Assembly (NCBI GenBank): GCA_937138255.1
Contig: CAKZOU010000033.1
Span: 14,622 to 78,621, forward strand
Origin: an uncultured Rhodobacteraceae bacterium
Lineage (GTDB): Bacteria > Pseudomonadota > Alphaproteobacteria > Rhodobacterales > Rhodobacteraceae
Length of the DNA: 64,000 nucleotides
Reading direction: 5' to 3'
The notes under the pieces are model-generated. The model saw only the letters and a program-made list of their open reading frames with translations. It was not told where the DNA came from and made no database searches. The position numbers were made by a program, and so were the translations under genes. Positions 10,778 through 20,771 of this stretch are shown one piece after another. Within the stretch, counting starts at the first letter, position 1. Every line of letters starts with the position of its first letter.

Positions 10778-12130
10778 ATGAGCATTGCTTTGGTTATTCT
10801 GGCCGCCGGTCAGGGCACGAGGATGAATTCCGATCTGCCGAAGGTTCTCCACCCGCTGGGGGGCGCGCCTCTGGTTGTCCATGCGCTCAAATCGGGAGCT
10901 GCTCTGGCGCCAGAGCGCACAGTCGTGGTGACAGGCCACGGAGGCGTGGCAGTCGCCAAAGCCGCCCGCGGATGGGATCCAGATATTCTGATTGCCGAGC
11001 AGGCCGAACAACTTGGCACAGCGCACGCGGTGGCGCAGGCAAAAGCGGCTTTGGAAGGCTTCTCGGGCGATATCGTAGTTCTCTACGGCGATACGCCCTT
11101 CATTTCGGGCGAAACGCTCGAGGCGCTTGCCGCCGCCCGCGCCGCGCATGACGTGGTGGTTCTGGGCTTTGAGGCCGCCGATCCGGGCCGCTATGGGCGG
11201 CTGGTTACAACAGGCGACCGGCTGGAGCGGATTGTCGAGTTCAAGGATGCGAGCGAGGCGGAGCGGGCGATCACGCTGTGCAACTCGGGCGTTCTGACCG
11301 CCGATGCCGCCACGCTCATTTCGCTGATCGAGGCGGTCGGCAATGCGAATGCCTCCGGCGAATACTATCTGACCGATGTGGTCGGCCTTTCCCGCGACCG
11401 TGGGCTTTCGGCGGGCGTGGTCGTCTGCGACGAGGCCGAGACCCTCGGGATCAACACCCGCGCCGAACTCATGGCCGCCGAAGCGCGGCTTCAAGCCCGG
11501 ATGCGGGCCGAGGTGCTTGAAGATGGGGTGACGCTCATCGCCCCCGAGACGGTGCACTTCTCGCATGACACTGTGATCGGCCGCGATGCGGTGATCGAGC
11601 CCAATGTCGTCTTTGCCCCCGGTGTGACGATCGAATCCGGCGCGCGCATCCGGTCGTTCTCGCATCTCGAAGGCTGCCACGTCAGCCGTGGCGCCATCGT
11701 CGGCCCCTTCGCCCGCCTGCGCCCGGGTGCGGAGCTGGCTGAAGATGTCCATGTCGGCAATTTCGTCGAGATCAAGAACGCCCAGATCGCCGAGGGGGCC
11801 AAGGTCAATCACCTGAGTTACATTGGCGATGCGGATGTGGGCGAGAAGACCAACATCGGCGCGGGCACCATCACCTGCAACTATGACGGCGTCTTCAAGC
11901 ACCGCACGACCATCGGCCGCAATGTTTTCGTGGGCTCCAACACCATGCTCGTGGCTCCGGTCAAGCTCGGCGACCGGTCGATGACCGCCTCGGGCGCTGT
12001 CATCACCAGCGACGTGCCGGATGGCGCAATGGCGGTTGCACGCGCCCCGCAGGTGAACAAGCCGGGGCTGGCCGTGCGGCTGATGGACAAGCTCAGAGCG
12101 CGCAAGGCGCAGACGAAAGAGGGCAAGTAA
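10778..12130 (+). CDS. glmU: Bifunctional UDP-GlcNAc pyrophosphorylase/glucosamine-1-P N-acetyltransferase
   Basis: LAAGQGTRMNSDLPKVLH, EYYLTD, hexapeptide repeats, CNYDG. Confidence 0.97.
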   Translation: MSIALVILAAGQGTRMNSDLPKVLHPLGGAPLVVHALKSGAALAPERTVVVTGHGGVAVAKAARGWDPDILIAEQAEQLGTAHAVAQAKAALEGFSGDIVVLYGDTPFISGETLEALAAARAAHDVVVLGFEAADPGRYGRLVTTGDRLERIVEFKDASEAERAITLCNSGVLTADAATLISLIEAVGNANASGEYYLTDVVGLSRDRGLSAGVVVCDEAETLGINTRAELMAAEARLQARMRAEVLEDGVTLIAPETVHFSHDTVIGRDAVIEPNVVFAPGVTIESGARIRSFSHLEGCHVSRGAIVGPFARLRPGAELAEDVHVGNFVEIKNAQIAEGAKVNHLSYIGDADVGEKTNIGAGTITCNYDGVFKHRTTIGRNVFVGSNTMLVAPVKLGDRSMTASGAVITSDVPDGAMAVARAPQVNKPGLAVRLMDKLRARKAQTKEGK

Positions 12131-13951
12131 ATGTGCGGGATCATTGGCATTCTCGGCGATCATGAGGTCGCGCCCCAGCTTGTCGAGGCGCTGCGCCGGC
12201 TTGAATATCGCGGCTATGACAGCGCCGGCATCGCAACCGTGAACAACGGCCGCCTCGAGCGCCGCCGCGCCGTTGGCAAGCTTGTGAACCTTTCCGACCT
12301 TCTGGTGCACCAGCCGTTGGCCGGAAAGGCGGGCATCGGCCATACCCGCTGGGCCACCCATGGCGTCGCCAACGAGGTCAACGCGCACCCCCACGTTGCC
12401 GGGCGCGTGGCGGTTGTGCACAACGGCATCATCGAAAACTTCCGTGAACTGCGTGAATTCCTCGCCGAAAACGGCGTGCCGCATCAGACCGACACCGACA
12501 CCGAGACCGTCGCCCTTCTGACCAATCTCTACCTCGCTCAGGGCCTCACGCCACGCGATGCCGCCGCCAAGACCATCGGCCAGCTACAGGGCGCCTATGC
12601 CGTCTGCATGCTCTTCGAGGGCGAGGGCGACCTGATGATCTGTGCCCGCTCCGGCCCGCCCCTGGCCGTGGGGTATGGCGATGGCGAGATGTTCGTGGGC
12701 TCCGATGCGATCGCCCTTGCCCCCCTGACCGACAGGATCACCTATCTCGAAGATGGCGACTGGGCCATCGTCACCCGCGCGGGCATCGAAATCCACGATG
12801 CCGCCGGCCGCATCGCCAACCGCCCCGTGCGCCGTGTGCAGATCAGCGCAGGGCAAGTGGACAAGGGCGGCTACAAGCATTTCATGGCCAAGGAAATCGC
12901 CGAACAGCCCGCCGTGCTGAGCGATGCGCTGGGCCATTACCTTGGCGCCGACGGCGCCCTAAGCCTTTCCGGCGAAGCGCTCGATTTCACCACCATCGAC
13001 CGGCTGACCATGGTCGCCTGCGGCACCGCCTTTTACGCCTGTGTCGTCGCCAAATACTGGTTCGAACAGATCGCGGGCCTGCCGGTCGAGGTCGATGTGG
13101 CCTCTGAATTCCGCTATCGCGAACCGCCGATCAGCCCCCGCACCGCCGCCCTTTTCGTCAGCCAATCGGGCGAGACTGCCGATACGCTGGCTGCGCTGCG
13201 CTATTGCCGCGACCGCGCCGACCGGATCCTCTCGGTCGTGAACGTGCCGGAAAGCTCGATTGCCCGCGAAAGCGATCTTGCCCTGCCGATCTATGCGGGC
13301 GTCGAGGTGGGCGTGGCGTCGACCAAGGCCTTCACCTGCCAGCTTCTCACCCTTGCCGCGCTCGTTCTCAAGGCCGCGCGGGATCGCGGGCGGCTTGCGC
13401 CCGAGGCCGAGGCCAAAGCCATCGCCGATCTGCGCTCCCTGCCCGGTATCATGTCGCAGGCCATCGCCACCGAGCCCCAGACCGAGGCGCTCGCCGCGGC
13501 CTTGGCCGAGGCGCGCGATATCTTGTTCCTTGGTCGCGGCCAGATGTTCCCGCTGGCCCTCGAAGGCGCGCTGAAACTCAAGGAGATCAGCTATATCCAT
13601 GCCGAGGCCTATGCCTCGGGCGAGCTGAAGCATGGCCCCATCGCGCTGATCGACAAGACCGTTCCGGTGATCGTGATGGCCCCGCGCGATGCGCTCTTTG
13701 AAAAGACCGTCTCGAATATGCAGGAGGTCATGGCGCGTGGCGGCAAGGTCCTTTTGATCACCGACGCGGAAGGCGCGCGGCAGGCCGGCCAGGGTGTCTG
13801 GAAGACGCTCGTGATGCCGACCGTCCCCGATATGCTCGCCCCCATCGTCTATGCGGTGCCGGCGCAGCTTTTGGCCTATCATACGGCGGTGGCAAAGGGC
13901 ACGGACGTGGACCAGCCGCGCAATCTGGCGAAATCAGTGACGGTGGAATAG
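12131..13951 (+). CDS. glmS: Glutamine--fructose-6-phosphate transaminase (isomerizing)
   Basis: MCGI N-terminus, EYRGYDSAG, GHTRWATHG, PRNLAKSVTVE. Confidence 0.98.
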   Translation: MCGIIGILGDHEVAPQLVEALRRLEYRGYDSAGIATVNNGRLERRRAVGKLVNLSDLLVHQPLAGKAGIGHTRWATHGVANEVNAHPHVAGRVAVVHNGIIENFRELREFLAENGVPHQTDTDTETVALLTNLYLAQGLTPRDAAAKTIGQLQGAYAVCMLFEGEGDLMICARSGPPLAVGYGDGEMFVGSDAIALAPLTDRITYLEDGDWAIVTRAGIEIHDAAGRIANRPVRRVQISAGQVDKGGYKHFMAKEIAEQPAVLSDALGHYLGADGALSLSGEALDFTTIDRLTMVACGTAFYACVVAKYWFEQIAGLPVEVDVASEFRYREPPISPRTAALFVSQSGETADTLAALRYCRDRADRILSVVNVPESSIARESDLALPIYAGVEVGVASTKAFTCQLLTLAALVLKAARDRGRLAPEAEAKAIADLRSLPGIMSQAIATEPQTEALAAALAEARDILFLGRGQMFPLALEGALKLKEISYIHAEAYASGELKHGPIALIDKTVPVIVMAPRDALFEKTVSNMQEVMARGGKVLLITDAEGARQAGQGVWKTLVMPTVPDMLAPIVYAVPAQLLAYHTAVAKGTDVDQPRNLAKSVTVE

Positions 13952-13958
13952 CGCCCGC

Positions 13959-14642
13959 ATGACCTTGGACGATGTTCTTTCCGAACTCCGCGCCGCCGGT
14001 GACCCCGAGCGCGCGGCGGGTTCTGCGGCCTATCATAAGGTCAAGCGCGAGTATCTTGGCGTGGCTGTGCCGCAAATCGACGAGATGGCCAAACGCTGGC
14101 GGGCAGAGTTGACGCTGGAGGACCGCCTCGCCCTGGCGGGGCAACTTTGGCAGAGCAACATCCACGAGGCGCGGGTTGCGGCGGCGAAGCTTCTCAATCA
14201 GGCGCGGATCCGGCCGGATGACGAAGCAGCCTGGCGGCTCGTGGCGTCCTGGGTGCACGATTTCGACGCCTGGGCATTGGCCGATCACGCCTGCATCGCC
14301 GGGCAAAAGCGGCTTGTCGCCGATCCTTCGCGCCTTGACGAAGTGGAAGGCTGGACGCAAAGCCCGCATATGTGGACCCGTCGGGCGGCGCTTGTCATCA
14401 CACTGCCCTGGACCAAGATGAACCACCCCAAGCCTGCGGATCTGGAGCGGCGAGAGCGGATTCTCGGCTGGGCGGCGTCTTATGTCGATGACAGGGACTG
14501 GTTCATCCAGAAGGCCATCGGCTGGTGGCTGCGGGAACTCAGCAAGCACGATCCCGACCGCACCCGAGCCTTCATCGAGGCCTATGGCGCACGGATGAAG
14601 ACTTTTGCCCGCAAGGAAGCGATGCGGCATCTGGGGGAGTAG
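13959..14642 (+). CDS. DNA alkylation repair protein (AlkD-like)
   Basis: YLGVAVP, WALAD, WTRRAALV, WFIQKAIGWWLRE. Confidence 0.85.
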   Translation: MTLDDVLSELRAAGDPERAAGSAAYHKVKREYLGVAVPQIDEMAKRWRAELTLEDRLALAGQLWQSNIHEARVAAAKLLNQARIRPDDEAAWRLVASWVHDFDAWALADHACIAGQKRLVADPSRLDEVEGWTQSPHMWTRRAALVITLPWTKMNHPKPADLERRERILGWAASYVDDRDWFIQKAIGWWLRELSKHDPDRTRAFIEAYGARMKTFARKEAMRHLGE

Positions 14643-14651
14643 GCCCTTCCC

Positions 14652-14680
14652 CTTGCCATGCCGCCTCTGTGGGCCTACCT
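14652..14680 (+). promoter_or_regulatory. Candidate promoter CTTGCC-N16-CCTACCT for moaA
   Basis: Resembles the alphaproteobacterial CTTGAA-N16-CCTATAT (RpoH-type) consensus; ends 7 nt before the ATG at 14688. Confidence 0.5.
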
Positions 14681-14687
14681 AGGCTCC

Positions 14688-15701
14688 ATGCAAGACGCGC
14701 CCGCCCCTCTGATTGATCCCTTTGCCCGCGCGATCCGCTATTTGCGGGTCTCGGTCACCGACCGTTGCGATTTCCGCTGCGTCTATTGCATGACCGAAAA
14801 CATGACCTTCCTGCCGAAGAAAGAGCTTCTTTCACTGGAAGAGCTGGACCGGCTTTGCACCTCCTTCATCCGGCTTGGTGTTGAAAAGCTGCGGATCACC
14901 GGCGGCGAGCCTTTGGTGCGGCGCGATATCATGACCTTCTTCCAGGGCATGAAACGGCATCTCGACAGTGGTGCGCTGAAAGAGCTGACCGTGACGACGA
15001 ATGGCAGCCAGCTTGAGAAATTCGCAGGGCCGCTTTACGAAGCGGGCGTGCGGCGGATCAATGTCTCGCTCGACACTCTGGACGCCGACAAATTCGCCGC
15101 GATCACCCGATGGGGCCGCCTTCCGCAAGTTCTGCGCGGGATCGAGGCGGCGCGCGAGGCGGGGTTGCGGGTCAAGATAAATACCGTGGCGCTCAAGGGC
15201 TTTAACGAGGACGAGTTGTTCCGCCTCACTGAGTGGTGCGCCAAGAACGACATGGACCTGACCTTTATCGAGGTCATGCCGATGGGCGATATCGGCAATG
15301 AGGATCGGCTGGGGCAGTTTTGGTCATTGAAAGACCTGCGGGCCCAGCTCGAGGGGCATCATGCGCTCACCGATCTGGCCGAGCGTTCGGGGGGGCCCGC
15401 ACGCTATGTGCGGATCGAGGAGACCGGCCAGAAGATCGGGTTCATCACGCCGCTCTCGCATAACTTCTGCGAAAGCTGCAACCGTGTGCGGATCACGTGC
15501 ACCGGTGAGATCTATACCTGCCTTGGGCAGGAGGGCCATTCCGACCTGCGCGCGCCGCTGCGCGCGTCTGAGGATCCGGCGATCCTTGAAGAGGCGATCC
15601 GCAAGGCGATCGGCCTCAAGCCCAAGGGGCATGATTTCGATTATTCCCGCCAGACGGTCGATGGGCGCGTTTCGCGCCACATGAGCCATACTGGCGGCTG
15701 A
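14688..15701 (+). CDS. moaA: GTP 3',8-cyclase
   Basis: [17 protein letters not shown] radical SAM motif, [10 protein letters not shown]-terminal GG. Confidence 0.97.
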   Translation: MQDAPAPLIDPFARAIRYLRVSVTDRCDFRCVYCMTENMTFLPKKELLSLEELDRLCTSFIRLGVEKLRITGGEPLVRRDIMTFFQGMKRHLDSGALKELTVTTNGSQLEKFAGPLYEAGVRRINVSLDTLDADKFAAITRWGRLPQVLRGIEAAREAGLRVKINTVALKGFNEDELFRLTEWCAKNDMDLTFIEVMPMGDIGNEDRLGQFWSLKDLRAQLEGHHALTDLAERSGGPARYVRIEETGQKIGFITPLSHNFCESCNRVRITCTGEIYTCLGQEGHSDLRAPLRASEDPAILEEAIRKAIGLKPKGHDFDYSRQTVDGRVSRHMSHTGG

Positions 15702-15763
15702 CACAATCTCAGGGGAAGTTGACAGACTTTTCCGGTTCGAGATTGGGACATTTCAGCAAATCC

Positions 15764-15786
15764 GAGGCGTTTTGACGAAACGCCTC
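15764..15786. terminator. Hairpin between convergent moaA and amidohydrolase
   Basis: GAGGCGTTT-N5-AAACGCCTC perfect 9-bp stem. Confidence 0.5.
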
Positions 15787-15790
15787 AGGA

Positions 15791-15843
15791 GCGAGGGGCT
15801 GCCTGCCCCTCGCGCTCCCCGGGAGTATTTTCGCCAAAAGAAG
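15791..15843 (-). repeat. REP-like palindromic intergenic element, copy 1
   Basis: Minus strand CTTCTTTTGGCGAAAATACTCCCGGGGAGCGCGAGGGGCAGGCAGCCCCTCGC; shares head and terminal hairpin with 49277-49343. Confidence 0.75.
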
Positions 15844-15844
15844 A

Positions 15845-17008
15845 TCAGGTGGCGGGCATGCTCCGTTCGACGATCCCTGCCCACCAGCTGCAGCCGGCGG
15901 GGATGGCGTCGTCGTTGAAGTTGTATTCGGGGTGGTGGACCATTGCGGTATCGCCGTTTCCGATCAGGATATAGGCGCCGGGGCGTTCCTCGAGCATATA
16001 GGCGAAATCCTCGCCGCCCATGACGAGGGGGGCGTCATCGCAGCCGCCCGAGATGGAGCGGGCCACATCGGCGGCGAATTCGGTCTGGGCTTCGTGGTTA
16101 ACCATCGACGGATAGCCGCGGTGGTATCTGATTTCCGCTACGCCGCCCATGGCGGTGCAGACCTGCTCGGCGATCGCGTGAAGGCGGGTTTCTGCCAGCT
16201 CGCGCATATGCCGCGACATGGTGCGGACCGTGCCTTTGAGGTGGACCTGCTGCGGGATCACGTTGAAGGCTTTGGACGAGCTTTCCATCGAGGTCACGGA
16301 GACGACGATCTGGTCGACGGGGTCGGCATTGCGGCTCGAGATGGTCTGGAGCATCATCACGACTTGCGCGGCGGTGACGTTGGGGTCGATCGTTTCCTGT
16401 GGCTTGGCGGCGTGGCCGCCCTTGCCCTTGACGAAGATCTCGAACTGGTCGGTCGCGGCAAAGAAGGCGCCCGAGCGGATGGCGAAGGAGCCGGTGGGTT
16501 TGCCCGGCCAGTTGTGCATCCCGTAGACCTCCTGGATGTTCCAGCGGTCCATCATGCCGTCGGCGCACATCTCGCGGCCACCGCCGCCGCCCTCTTCTGC
16601 GGGCTGGAAGATCACGACGACTGTGCCATCGAAATTGCGGGTTTCGGCGAGGTATTTGGCGGCGCCCAGCAGCATGGCCGTGTGGCCGTCATGGCCGCAG
16701 GCATGCATGGCGCCGGGGGTTTTCGAGGCATAGGGGAGGTTGGTGGCCTCGAGGATCGGCAGGGCGTCCATATCGGCGCGCAGGCCGATGACCTTGCCCT
16801 TGGTATCCGTTTTGCCCTTGATCACGCCGACAACGCCGGTTCGGCCGATGCCGGTCACGATCTCGTCGCAGCCGAATTCCTTGAGCTTTTCGGCGACGAC
16901 CGCCGAGGTGCGGTGGGTCTCGAAGAGGATCTCGGGGTTTTCGTGCAGATCGCGCCGCCAGGCGGTGATTTCGGGAAGGAGTTCGGCAAAGCGGTTCTTG
17001 ACGGGCAT
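15845..17008 (-). CDS. M20D amidohydrolase (hippurate hydrolase/aminoacylase family)
   Basis: LRADMDALP, MHACGHDGH, FQPAEE, GEDF, HHPEY. Confidence 0.93.
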   Translation of the reverse strand: MPVKNRFAELLPEITAWRRDLHENPEILFETHRTSAVVAEKLKEFGCDEIVTGIGRTGVVGVIKGKTDTKGKVIGLRADMDALPILEATNLPYASKTPGAMHACGHDGHTAMLLGAAKYLAETRNFDGTVVVIFQPAEEGGGGGREMCADGMMDRWNIQEVYGMHNWPGKPTGSFAIRSGAFFAATDQFEIFVKGKGGHAAKPQETIDPNVTAAQVVMMLQTISSRNADPVDQIVVSVTSMESSSKAFNVIPQQVHLKGTVRTMSRHMRELAETRLHAIAEQVCTAMGGVAEIRYHRGYPSMVNHEAQTEFAADVARSISGGCDDAPLVMGGEDFAYMLEERPGAYILIGNGDTAMVHHPEYNFNDDAIPAGCSWWAGIVERSMPAT

Positions 17009-17080
17009 GGTGCCTCCGGTGCGTGAGTGTTCGGGCGGCAGACTGTCCGAGCGATGGCGGCACCGCAAGGGGGGATTTGA

Positions 17081-18427
17081 TCAAAGGCTCGGGCCGGTGA
17101 CGAGCTTCTCGCCCTTGGCAAAGCGCGAGAAGCGGAAGCGGCTCAGGTCGTGGCCGGTTGGCTCACCACGGACCATCGAGGCGATGACCCGGCCAAAGCC
17201 CGGGCCGATGCCGAAGCCGTGGCCGCTCATGCCGGTGGCGACGATGAGGCCGGGGAGCGAGGGCGCATGATCCACCACCGGCACCACATCGGGCATGGTG
17301 TCGATCATTCCGGCCCAGGCCGATGCGAGGCGGACCTCGCCAAGGCCAGGATGATCCGACGCAAATTGCCGGGCGACCTTGCCCAGCGCTTTTGTGGCCG
17401 GGCGCGGGTTGAGGACGCGCATCCGCTCGAAAGGCGAGATCTCGTCGGACCGCCAGCGGCGGGGCGTCGTCCACGCGTCGGGGTATCCTGTGGGGGATGC
17501 GGGGAAGAAGCGGTTGGCGGTCGGGTTTGCGACAATTTGCGGGATGAATTTTCGCAGGTGCCGGAAGGCATCGGGGCCGATGAGGCATTCGTGGAAGTCG
17601 GCAGCAGCCAGAGTGTAGCCCCCATCGGCGCGGCGGCGGAACGCGCCGGTCGTATCCACGGCGCCGCCTTCGTAGACGAGCGGCAGGGTCTCGGTCGCGG
17701 CCACGCTGGCGCGGACCGAAAGCTGCGGGATGCGGACGCCGTGGGCGGCGAGGAAGAGCGAGGACCATGCGCCGCCCGCAAGAACAACGTTTGGCGCGGC
17801 GATACGGCCCTGCTCGGTGAAGACGCCCGCGACCTTGCCACCTGCCATATCGAGGCGCCGCACCGCGCAGTTCTCGACGATCACGGCCCCTGCCCTGACC
17901 GCGAGCCGCGCCAGCGCCGGAACCGCGAGCAAAGGCTCGGCCTTCATGTCGGAGGCGGTGTGCATCCCGCCCAGCCAACGGTTCTTCACACCGGGAAGGA
18001 GCCGGCTGACGCCTTCGCGGCCGAGAAGCTCGGTGTCGAGGCCATGCTCCCGCGCCAGTGTCATGAACTCTTCGAAATAGGCGAGGTCCTTGTCGGTATC
18101 GGCGAGATAGAGCAGGCCCGATTGCCTCAGGCCGATATCTTCGCCCAGCTCTGGCTCCAGCTCGCGCCAGAGGCGGTTCGCTTCAATCATGATCGGCAGT
18201 TCCGCCGGATCGCGGCCCTGCTGGCGGATCCAGCCCCAGTTGCGCGAGGATTGCTCGCCCGCGACGCGCCCTTTTTCAAGAACCACCGGGCGAAGGCCCG
18301 CCTTGGCAAGGTATAGCGCGGTGCAGATGCCGATGACGCCGCCGCCGATGATGACGCAATCGGCCTCGGCCGGAAGCGGGCCGCCGTGCTCGACGGGGCT
18401 ATCTTCGGAAATCGGAAAGGGGATCAT
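17081..18427 (-). CDS. FAD-dependent oxidoreductase, D-amino acid oxidase/DadA family
   Basis: IIGGGVIG, EQSSRNWGWIRQQGR, GMSGHGFGIGP; ATGA overlap with argE. Confidence 0.9.
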   Translation of the reverse strand: MIPFPISEDSPVEHGGPLPAEADCVIIGGGVIGICTALYLAKAGLRPVVLEKGRVAGEQSSRNWGWIRQQGRDPAELPIMIEANRLWRELEPELGEDIGLRQSGLLYLADTDKDLAYFEEFMTLAREHGLDTELLGREGVSRLLPGVKNRWLGGMHTASDMKAEPLLAVPALARLAVRAGAVIVENCAVRRLDMAGGKVAGVFTEQGRIAAPNVVLAGGAWSSLFLAAHGVRIPQLSVRASVAATETLPLVYEGGAVDTTGAFRRRADGGYTLAAADFHECLIGPDAFRHLRKFIPQIVANPTANRFFPASPTGYPDAWTTPRRWRSDEISPFERMRVLNPRPATKALGKVARQFASDHPGLGEVRLASAWAGMIDTMPDVVPVVDHAPSLPGLIVATGMSGHGFGIGPGFGRVIASMVRGEPTGHDLSRFRFSRFAKGEKLVTGPSL

Positions 18428-19602
18428 GTGCAGAGGTCGGCCAGAAGATCGTCCATGAAGGCTTGCCCTGCGCGGAATTGCGCGAGCGTGATGTATTCGT
18501 CGGCCTGATGCGCCTGCGCGATATCGCCGGGTCCACATACCACCGCGGAATAGCCGCGCTCCTGAAATTGGCCGGCCTCGGTGCCGTAGCTGACCACATG
18601 CGAGGCATTATCGCCTGTCAGGCGGCGGACAAGCGTTTCCGCCGCGCCTTCCTTTTCGGGGACAAGGCCGGGGACGTGGAATCGCTGGCGCAGCTCGATC
18701 GCCGCCGAGGGGTGGATCGCCTTCATTTCGGCCTCGAGCCGCGCGACCTCGGCCTTGAACCTCTCGACCCAGTCGGGCATCGAGTCACCCGGCACCACGC
18801 GAAAATCGAAACCGAACCAGCAATCGCCTGCGGTGATGTTGTGGGCGGTGCCGCCCTTGATCGTACCGATATGCAGCGTCGTGTAGGGCGGCTCGAAGGT
18901 GGCGGCAAGGGCGGATGGTGTCTTGGCGGCGTTCTCGGCGTTCATCCGGTTGGCCCAGTCGATCAGTTTCGCCCCCCACATGATCGCGTTGACGCCCGTG
19001 TGGATCAGCGAGGAATGCACCTCGTAGCCCTTGATATGCACCGCAAAGCCGATGCCGCCCTTGTGGCCTGTCACCGCCTTCATCATCGACGGCTCGCCAA
19101 CGATCACCGTCGAAGCGCGGGGGAGGCCGTGGCTGACCATATGGTCGATCATCGGCGGCGCGCCGGTGCAGCCGATCTCTTCGTCGTAGCTCAGGGCGAT
19201 TTGCAAGGGCCGCGTGAGGCGGCCCACCCTGTGCAGCGCCGCAGCCCGCGCCATCGCGGCAAGGGCCAGCGCGTCAAACCCCTTCATGTCGCATGAACCG
19301 CGCCCAAAGAGCTTGCCGTCGCGTTCTGTCACGGTGAAGGGATCGGAGGTCCAGTCCTGACCATCGACCGGCACCACGTCGGTATGACCTGACAGAACCA
19401 CGCCGCCGTCGATCTCGGGACCGACATGGGCATAGAGCGCCTCTTTGGTCCCGTCCTCGTTCGGCACTCGGACCGAAGCGATTCCCTGCCCCTCGAGATA
19501 GCTTTCCACAAAGTCGATCAGGGGGATGTTGCTGTCGCGGCTGACCGTGGGATAGGCCACAAGCCGGTCCAGGAGGCGGCGGGCTTCGTCTGTGTTGGGC
19601 AA
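18424..19602 (-). CDS. argE: Acetylornithine deacetylase (M20A)
   Basis: LSGHTDVVP, GRGSCDMKG, SYDEE, GTEAG, AHQADE. Confidence 0.88.
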   Translation of the reverse strand: MPNTDEARRLLDRLVAYPTVSRDSNIPLIDFVESYLEGQGIASVRVPNEDGTKEALYAHVGPEIDGGVVLSGHTDVVPVDGQDWTSDPFTVTERDGKLFGRGSCDMKGFDALALAAMARAAALHRVGRLTRPLQIALSYDEEIGCTGAPPMIDHMVSHGLPRASTVIVGEPSMMKAVTGHKGGIGFAVHIKGYEVHSSLIHTGVNAIMWGAKLIDWANRMNAENAAKTPSALAATFEPPYTTLHIGTIKGGTAHNITAGDCWFGFDFRVVPGDSMPDWVERFKAEVARLEAEMKAIHPSAAIELRQRFHVPGLVPEKEGAAETLVRRLTGDNASHVVSYGTEAGQFQERGYSAVVCGPGDIAQAHQADEYITLAQFRAGQAFMDDLLADLCT

Positions 19603-19772
19603 TTCGGGCGCTCTTTGATTGGGGGCTGCCGCACTCTAGGCAGGCGCTTCCCGCCTCGGCAATCCCTCCCTTTAGAAATGATCTTGCGGCTTGGGCAAAC
19701 CATGCTACCGTTTGGACAAAATGTCGGCGGGAAAACCCGATCGGCGAACAAGACGACGACTGGGAGAATCTG

Positions 19773-20771
19773 ATGCACGATGGAGGTCGGCCCGTCCTGG
19801 AGGTCCAGGGCCTGAAGACTGTATTCCGCGTGCGCGGTGGTGAAATTCACGCCGTCAACAACGTCAGCTTCGATCTCAAGCCGGGCGAGCTTTTGGGCGT
19901 CGTCGGCGAAAGCGGCTCGGGCAAATCCGTGACCATGATGTCGCTTCTGGGGCTTTTGCCCTCCCCCCCCGCCGAGGTGCGCGACGGCAAGGTTCTTCTG
20001 GATGGTCAAGACCTGCTGAAAGCTGACGAAGACACGCTCCGCGAAGTCCGCGGCGGCAAGGTGGGCTTTATCTTCCAGGACCCGATGACCTCGCTCAACC
20101 CGGTCTTTACTGTGGGCTATCAGATCATGGAGCCCCTGCGGAAGCACATGGGGATGGACAAGAAAGCCGCCAAGAAGCGGGCGGTCGAGCTTCTGGAGCT
20201 TGTGGGAATTCCCGGCGCGGAACAGCGGCTTTCGGACTATCCGCACCAGTTTTCCGGCGGGATGCGGCAGCGGGTGATGATCGCCATCGCATTGGCCTGC
20301 GACCCCAAGGTTCTGATCGCCGACGAGCCGACCACGGCGCTCGACGTGACCATTCAGGCGCAGATCATCGAACTGATGAAAGAACTTCGCCAGAAGCTTG
20401 GCATGGCGGTGATCTGGATCACCCACGATCTGGGCGTCATTGCCGGCATCGCGGATCGGGTGATGGTCATGTATGGCGGGCAGGTCGTCGAACACGCGCC
20501 GGTGCGCGAGCTTTTCGGCAATCCGCAGCATCCCTATACCAAGGCGCTTCTGAAAACCGTGCCGAGCGTGCGCGGCGAGCGGGTGCGCCGCCTGACGATC
20601 ATCGAAGGCCAGCCGCCGATCCTAGGCGCGCCGCCCTCCTCCTGCCCGTTCCGCGACCGCTGCGCCTCGGCCGTCGAGGAATGCGCCCGGCGCAACCCCT
20701 CGCGCACCGTGATCGGCAAGGGCCATGACGTGGCTTGTGTTCTGGTCGAGAAGGAGGCCGCCCATGCTTGA
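19773..20771 (+). CDS. Oligopeptide/dipeptide ABC transporter ATP-binding protein (OppD/DppD-like)
   Basis: [26 protein letters not shown]-terminal Cys cluster. Confidence 0.93.
   Translation: MHDGGRPVLEVQGLKTVFRVRGGEIHAVNNVSFDLKPGELLGVVGESGSGKSVTMMSLLGLLPSPPAEVRDGKVLLDGQDLLKADEDTLREVRGGKVGFIFQDPMTSLNPVFTVGYQIMEPLRKHMGMDKKAAKKRAVELLELVGIPGAEQRLSDYPHQFSGGMRQRVMIAIALACDPKVLIADEPTTALDVTIQAQIIELMKELRQKLGMAVIWITHDLGVIAGIADRVMVMYGGQVVEHAPVRELFGNPQHPYTKALLKTVPSVRGERVRRLTIIEGQPPILGAPPSSCPFRDRCASAVEECARRNPSRTVIGKGHDVACVLVEKEAAHA

Noticed and set aside
10550..12484. 644-aa minus-strand ORF
   Set aside because: Antisense to glmU/glmS, which have clear motifs.
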